Assembly (NCBI GenBank): GCA_028688175.1
Contig: JAQTYS010000001.1
Coordinates: 1 to 52,145 of the forward strand
Length of the DNA stretch: 52,145 nucleotides
Direction: 5' to 3'
From: Methanothrix sp.
Lineage (GTDB): Archaea; Halobacteriota; Methanosarcinia; Methanotrichales; Methanotrichaceae
A model generated the notes under the pieces. It did no database searches. It saw nothing but the letters and a program-made list of their open reading frames with translations, and had not been told where the DNA came from. This document shows, one piece after another, positions 47,433 to 52,145 of the stretch. How positions within the stretch are numbered: position 1 is the first letter of the stretch; the number at the start of each line of letters is the position of its first letter. A program made the translations under genes and the position numbers.

Positions 47433-47570
47433 TATTTTTCCGTCCCTCTACCTGCACAACCGGGTTTTATGTAATATCATACCCTGGTCATTTGCCACTG
47501 TGCATAAGTAAAAATGACGTTGAGTCATTAAAAGAGCAAATAGAAACTATTCTGTCAGAACCAGAGGAAA

Positions 47571-47602
47571 ATTATAAGTAGTATAGCGACTAATATGTTA
47601 TC
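47571..47602 (+). promoter_or_regulatory. Promoter (ATTATAAG...CGACTAATATGTTA)
   Basis: Shared motif directly before ATG 47603. Confidence 0.65.
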
Positions 47603-47761
47603 ATGCAAGTAGAGTGTAGAGACAGATTTGGAAAGACACTGACTATTGATACTGATTATATCGTTGGAAATGGTGTATGGGTAGGAAACGACTATTATCA
47701 TCTTTCAAAGTTGTTTTATGAGAATGGAACATCATTAATAGACTTGGCAGGGGAGTTATAA
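47603..47761 (+). CDS. Hypothetical protein (52 aa, not in ORF track)
   Basis: MQVECRDRFGKTL...; directly after promoter. Confidence 0.55.
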   Translation: MQVECRDRFGKTLTIDTDYIVGNGVWVGNDYYHLSKLFYENGTSLIDLAGEL

Positions 47762-47763
47762 TC

Positions 47764-48369
47764 ATGAACCTCCCTAACCTCACTCAAATTATTGAATCCG
47801 TTGTTATCTTCATCGCCGCCGGTTCGTTCATCATCTCATACAACAACCTCCATGAATCAGCGCTTCAAATGGGGATACCTGGTTTATTTGCTATTATTTT
47901 TCCACTTACCATAGATGCGTTCTTGATTATTTGCACTCTTTATGTCCTATACGCAGGTAGAATGTCAAAATCAACATGGGAAGGCTGGCTATTTCTGATA
48001 CTCTATACTATCGCTTCAATCGCTTTTAATGTGCATATGGCACCTGATGACTGGTGGAGCCGGGCGGGATTTGCGATGTGCCCAATTGGACTGTGTATTG
48101 CTCTGCATTTCTTGATGAGGATCTTGGAGATAGAGATGGGGAATGTAAAGATAGAAGTGAAAAAAGAGGTTAAAGATGAAGTAATAGTAAAAGAAGAGAT
48201 AAAAGAACCAGAAATTCCACAAGAACTCACATCAAACCAGCAGAAAGTCAGGGACGTGATCATGGAAGAACCAGGAATCAGCATGGCTGAAGCATGTAGG
48301 AGGACAGGATTATCATTCAAGACGGTAAAGGCGCACTATAACAAACTTGTAGAAATGGGGATGATATGA
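47764..48369 (+). CDS. DUF2637-like 4-TM membrane protein with C-terminal HTH
   Basis: SF.ISY..L...A...G....A..FPLTID pattern; PGISMAEACRRTGLSFKTV HTH. Confidence 0.75.
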   Translation: MNLPNLTQIIESVVIFIAAGSFIISYNNLHESALQMGIPGLFAIIFPLTIDAFLIICTLYVLYAGRMSKSTWEGWLFLILYTIASIAFNVHMAPDDWWSRAGFAMCPIGLCIALHFLMRILEIEMGNVKIEVKKEVKDEVIVKEEIKEPEIPQELTSNQQKVRDVIMEEPGISMAEACRRTGLSFKTVKAHYNKLVEMGMI

Positions 48370-48500
48370 ATCTAAAACTCCCCAAATGTATGTATGAGAA
48401 AACGTTGAGAGGAATACCAGTATGCCAGGAACTACGAATGGGACGGAAATGCGCTTATCCGTCGCATCAGTGCGAAGTGAAAAAAGAGAGATGAGAGAAC

Positions 48501-48662
48501 ATGAAACCAAACAGGAACAAACAGACAGAAGCCGTAAGATTATCAATCCCAGTAGTGGATTTGGTGAGAGTAATGGCGAATAAGAACAAAATATCGTTTA
48601 GACAACAGATGAGCGATATCGTTGCTGAATGGGGACTGATGAAAGGGATGGTTAAGAGATGA
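48501..48662 (+). CDS. Putative ribbon-helix-helix protein (53 aa, not in ORF track)
   Basis: TEAVRLSIPVVDLVRVMANKNKISFRQQMSDIV. Confidence 0.5.
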   Translation: MKPNRNKQTEAVRLSIPVVDLVRVMANKNKISFRQQMSDIVAEWGLMKGMVKR

Positions 48663-48831
48663 TTCCCAACTGGAAACTGGCGTATATGGTTGCAACTGCA
48701 ATGCATATGAGTAAAATGCCAATATGGACAGATTCTCATTATAGATATCGGGTAATGTATGTTGAATTGAGAATTGCAATGTCACGGATTAGATTGTATT
48801 TTAAATACATTTTTAGCGATTTGGTGAAGAG

Positions 48832-49068
48832 ATGAGTGAAGAATTGAAACCGTGTAAGCATCTGATATTTAACAAGGATATGTTTCCTAATTTGGAATTG
48901 GTTAATTTAATTCTACCAGAGCCATATCGCCCAATACTCGCATGGAAAAGACAAGAACGTGGTGCAGATGGGTCATATTATTGTCAGTTCTGTGATAAAG
49001 GAAACAGGAGAATTTCACAGGCTGTAAACTGCTATGGAGAACGGGATTGCTATGAGGTTGATGAATGA
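48832..49068 (+). CDS. Small Cys-rich protein
   Basis: GGTGA RBS; MSEELKPC...CQFC. Confidence 0.6.
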   Translation: MSEELKPCKHLIFNKDMFPNLELVNLILPEPYRPILAWKRQERGADGSYYCQFCDKGNRRISQAVNCYGERDCYEVDE

Positions 49069-49331
49069 GTGAAGAAGATAGATCAAAGCGGCCATGTTTT
49101 GGTGGTGGATGGACCCCTGAACAATCACATAAAGACAATTGCGTGTTCTTCTGGTATGATTGTTCAGGACAAGAATATTCAGATGGCAATAGATGCCAAG
49201 CGGGTATGAGAGGAGATGGAGATTGGAAAAGTGATTGGGAAGATGAAGATAGTAAGCGCCAGTTCGATTGCCCATTTCATATAACTGTAATGGAACTAAA
49301 AAAGCGTATCGTTGAGGGAGTATTTGAATGA
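49065..49331 (+). CDS. Small Cys-rich protein
   Basis: ATGA coupling; five Cys. Confidence 0.55.
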   Translation: MSEEDRSKRPCFGGGWTPEQSHKDNCVFFWYDCSGQEYSDGNRCQAGMRGDGDWKSDWEDEDSKRQFDCPFHITVMELKKRIVEGVFE

Positions 49332-50701
49332 GCGATTATCAACAGTTCCTTGAATCGAAGCGTAAAACACACGAAGATTCCGGGTTTGAAGCAGTAGAAG
49401 AACTGATACCGAAAGAATGTTTCTCCTTCCAATCAGACATTATCCGATGGTGCTGCAAGAAAGGGAAGAGTGCTATATTCGCAGGGACGGGATTAGGGAA
49501 GACTCTGATGAGCCTTTCGTGGGCTTTACAGGTAACGGATCATACCGGTGGAGACGTTCTCATCCTGGCACCGTTGGCAGTTGCTCAACAAACAGTTAGG
49601 GAAGGTTCAAAGTTCGGGATAGAAGTAAACTATTGCAGGAGTCAATCAGGGGTAAAGCCGGGAATCAACATCACGAATTATGAGATGCTGGATCATTTTG
49701 ATAATAAGCACTTTGTAGGTGTTGTACTCGATGAAAGTTCAATTTTGAAGGCATTTAATGGAAAACTGCGCACGGTAATCATAGATTCATTCTGTCAGAC
49801 TCCTTACCGGTTAGCATGCACCGCGACTCCTGCCCCAAATGACCATATGGAACTTGGGAACCATTGCCAGTTTTTAGGAGTTATGAACCAATCTGAAATG
49901 CTCGCCACGTATTTCGTCCATGATGGAGGGGATACGGCAAAATGGAGGGTTAAGGGCCACGCAGTAGAAGCGTTTTGGCAATGGGTGGCAGGATGGGCTG
50001 TAATGTTACAGAACCCGCGAGATTTAGGGTATGATGGGGATATGTTTGATTTACCTCCTCTAAACATCGTTCAGCATACAGTTACTCCAAAGAGCAGCCG
50101 GTTTCAAGGGAGGGGAGTAGCAAAGACACTCAACGATCGGAGAGATGCGAGACGGGAAAGTATGGAAGACCGTATCCAGAAATGCGCTGATTTGGTGAAT
50201 GACAATCCTGATGATCATTGGGTTATTTGGTGTGGACTTAATAAAGAGTCTGAAGAATTGACGCGACGAATAGAGGGGGCCACGGAGGTAACAGGAAGCG
50301 ATAAACCAGAGATAAAAGAGAGGAGAATCCTTGGGTTCAGTGACGGGAGCATTAAGATTCTGGTCAGCAAATCTGAAATATGCGGATTTGGAATCAACAT
50401 GCAGGTATGTCATAATATGGCATTTGTAGGGATATCAGATTCATTCGAGCAGTATTATCAAGCCGTGCGCCGGTGCTGGAGGTTCGGACAGACTGAACAG
50501 GTAAACGTCCATGTAATCACAAGTGAGGCTGAAGGTGCAGTCGTTAAAAACATCAAGGATAAGGAAAAGGCGTTTGATGCCATGTTAAGCGGTATGATTG
50601 CGGCAACGTCCGATCTGTGTTCAGAGAACATCAGATCGACAGTTAGACAGTCAGACGAGTATAACCCACAAGAGAAGATGGTTGTTCCATCGTGGATCTA
50701 A
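49328..50701 (+). CDS. SNF2-like SF2 helicase (methylase-associated family)
   Basis: GTGLGKT, VLDESSILK, ACTATPAPND, QAVRRCWRFGQ. Confidence 0.9.
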   Translation: MSDYQQFLESKRKTHEDSGFEAVEELIPKECFSFQSDIIRWCCKKGKSAIFAGTGLGKTLMSLSWALQVTDHTGGDVLILAPLAVAQQTVREGSKFGIEVNYCRSQSGVKPGINITNYEMLDHFDNKHFVGVVLDESSILKAFNGKLRTVIIDSFCQTPYRLACTATPAPNDHMELGNHCQFLGVMNQSEMLATYFVHDGGDTAKWRVKGHAVEAFWQWVAGWAVMLQNPRDLGYDGDMFDLPPLNIVQHTVTPKSSRFQGRGVAKTLNDRRDARRESMEDRIQKCADLVNDNPDDHWVIWCGLNKESEELTRRIEGATEVTGSDKPEIKERRILGFSDGSIKILVSKSEICGFGINMQVCHNMAFVGISDSFEQYYQAVRRCWRFGQTEQVNVHVITSEAEGAVVKNIKDKEKAFDAMLSGMIAATSDLCSENIRSTVRQSDEYNPQEKMVVPSWI

Positions 50702-50703
50702 TT

Positions 50704-50742
50704 TTTATAGTAATGAGTATAATATGTTATGCTAACAGGTGA
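50704..50742 (+). promoter_or_regulatory. Promoter + GGTGA RBS
   Basis: TTTATAG...TAATATGTTATGCTAACAGGTGA. Confidence 0.7.
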
Positions 50743-50747
50743 TAAGA

Positions 50748-51089
50748 ATGAACAAAGAAATAACAGTTGATGGAGTAGAATACACTCTTGGAAATGCCAT
50801 TATTAAATCTACTCATTTAGGGTTTGAAGATCACGGTATTATGACGTTTTGGTTAAACCTTGAGTATAGTTCATGCACCGGCCAACGAGCGGGAGGGTAT
50901 TCGATTGATGGGTCAAAAGGCATGGATCTGATAACAAAAATCCTAACGATTGTAGGGGTTAAATCGTGGGAAGAATTGCCGGGTAAATATATTCGGGTAT
51001 ACTCTACTCACATCGGAGTTGGTGCTATTTTCAATATACTTGAGGATAGAGGAGTTTGGTTTAAGAAGCATTTTGAGGAAGCAGAATGA
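50748..51089 (+). CDS. Conserved-looking hypothetical viral protein
   Basis: NA.I.ST.LG.EDHGI.T...VGV.SWE.L.G motif; own promoter. Confidence 0.7.
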   Translation: MNKEITVDGVEYTLGNAIIKSTHLGFEDHGIMTFWLNLEYSSCTGQRAGGYSIDGSKGMDLITKILTIVGVKSWEELPGKYIRVYSTHIGVGAIFNILEDRGVWFKKHFEEAE

Positions 51090-52021
51090 CCGAAGAAGCG
51101 AAAGTTAAGAAACAAGCATTTGGTGAGAATTTTGCTCTCTACAATGTTGATAACATAGATGGAATAAAAGGTATACCAGATGATTCGGTGCATTTCTGCA
51201 TCTATTCGCCTCCATTTAGCTCGATGTATTGCTATAATAATTCTCCGCGCGATTTAGGAAATTCTAACAACGATGAAGAGTTTTATACACATTTCATATT
51301 CTTGGTTAAAGAATTGTATCGTGTGATGATGCCGGGAAGAGATATGAGTGTTCATTGTATGGACCTTCCAAAGTCTAAAGAAAGGGATGGGATAATCGGA
51401 TTGAAAGACTTCTCTGGGATGCTTATACGCATAATGGAAGATGCAGGATTTGTATACCATGCAAAAGTATGCATATGGAAGAATCCGGTTACGGCCATGC
51501 AAAGGACTAAAGCGATGGGGCTTCTTTGGAAGCAATTAAAGAAGGATTCTTCTTATTCCCGTCAAGGTATACCCGATTATATCATAACATTCCGCAAGCC
51601 GGGATTAAATCCAGAGCCGATAACGCATAAACCAGAGGATTACCCTGTGGATAAGTGGCAACAAATAGCATCACCTGTATGGATGGACATTAATCAGAGC
51701 AATACATTGCAGCGCGAATCTGCAAGGGAAGAGACTGACGAGCGCCATATAGCACCCTTGCAACTAGAAGTTATCGAAAGATGCATAGAACTCTGGTCTA
51801 ATCCTGGGGATATCGTGTTAGATCCATTTGTCGGTATTGGGTCATCGGTGTATCAGGCTCTCTTGATGGGTAGGAGAGGTATAGGGTTTGAACTGAAAGA
51901 CTCGTATTATCAACAGGCGGTATTGAACTGCAAACGGGCGGAATCAGACGCAAAGGCTCCTCAAGTAGGGCTTGACGCATGGATTGGAGAGAAAAAGGCA
52001 CAGACTAAATTAGAGGTATGA
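51086..52021 (+). CDS. DNA amino-methyltransferase (N4-C/N6-A, beta class)
   Basis: Motif IV YSPPF before motif I DPFVGIGS; WSNPGDIVLDP. Confidence 0.92.
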   Translation: MTEEAKVKKQAFGENFALYNVDNIDGIKGIPDDSVHFCIYSPPFSSMYCYNNSPRDLGNSNNDEEFYTHFIFLVKELYRVMMPGRDMSVHCMDLPKSKERDGIIGLKDFSGMLIRIMEDAGFVYHAKVCIWKNPVTAMQRTKAMGLLWKQLKKDSSYSRQGIPDYIITFRKPGLNPEPITHKPEDYPVDKWQQIASPVWMDINQSNTLQRESAREETDERHIAPLQLEVIERCIELWSNPGDIVLDPFVGIGSSVYQALLMGRRGIGFELKDSYYQQAVLNCKRAESDAKAPQVGLDAWIGEKKAQTKLEV

Positions 52022-52145
52022 ATGGATGGTAGTAAGGCATCAGTGTAAATGGTGTAGTTCTCTTGATACGTCATTATTCACTCATTCGGTTGGTATGGGG
52101 TGTTCAGATATTATCAATACTGGGTTATTTTCTGCACCAATAACC
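52019..52145. repeat. Terminal direct repeat, copy 2
   Basis: Identical to 1-127. Confidence 0.95.

Noticed and set aside
732-52001. Numerous overlapping alternative-frame and antisense ORFs in the track (e.g. 732-1058, 13951-14436, 20408-20791, 44440-44934)
   Set aside because: They lie within well-supported genes and lack RBSs or recognisable motifs
52019-52145. 127-bp repeat as a biological terminal repeat
   Set aside because: Length equals a common assembler k-mer and the repeat cuts through coding sequence; better explained as circular-assembly overlap

Overview
This window appears to be an essentially complete (~52,018 bp) genome of a tailed archaeal virus (Caudoviricetes, siphovirus-like). 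The first 127 nt recur at the end. The host is probably a methanogen of the Methanomicrobia type, inferred from archaeal PCNA, an HMf-type histone, an archaeal-type thymidylate synthase, GGTGA ribosome-binding sites and TATA-box promoters. It encodes TerS/TerL, portal, MuF-like protein, prohead protease, scaffold, HK97-type capsid, a non-contractile tail, a prim-pol/helicase, an SF2 helicase, Bet/Exo-like recombination genes, a dNTP/dTTP supply set (nrdJ, dcd, thyA, tmk) and an SNF2-like helicase plus DNA methyltransferase. I saw no integrase, replicative DNA polymerase, tRNA or CRISPR array. The most notable signals are six. (1) Three otherwise unrelated head-region proteins share an [LI]RE-x-GGPGSG tag, one fused to the prohead protease, and [IV]RE recurs in the scaffold and capsid; this suggests a protease-processed capsid-cargo system. 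(2) A candidate structured ncRNA lies at ~11730-11890. (3) The viral histone lacks helix 3 and the R19 equivalent. (4) Two A8 tracts each split a gene by +1. (5) A TTT-CGC +1 frameshift signal sits in the tail chaperone. (6) A repeated promoter element drives inserted single-gene cassettes. All assignments come from reading motifs and gene order by eye, without database searches.
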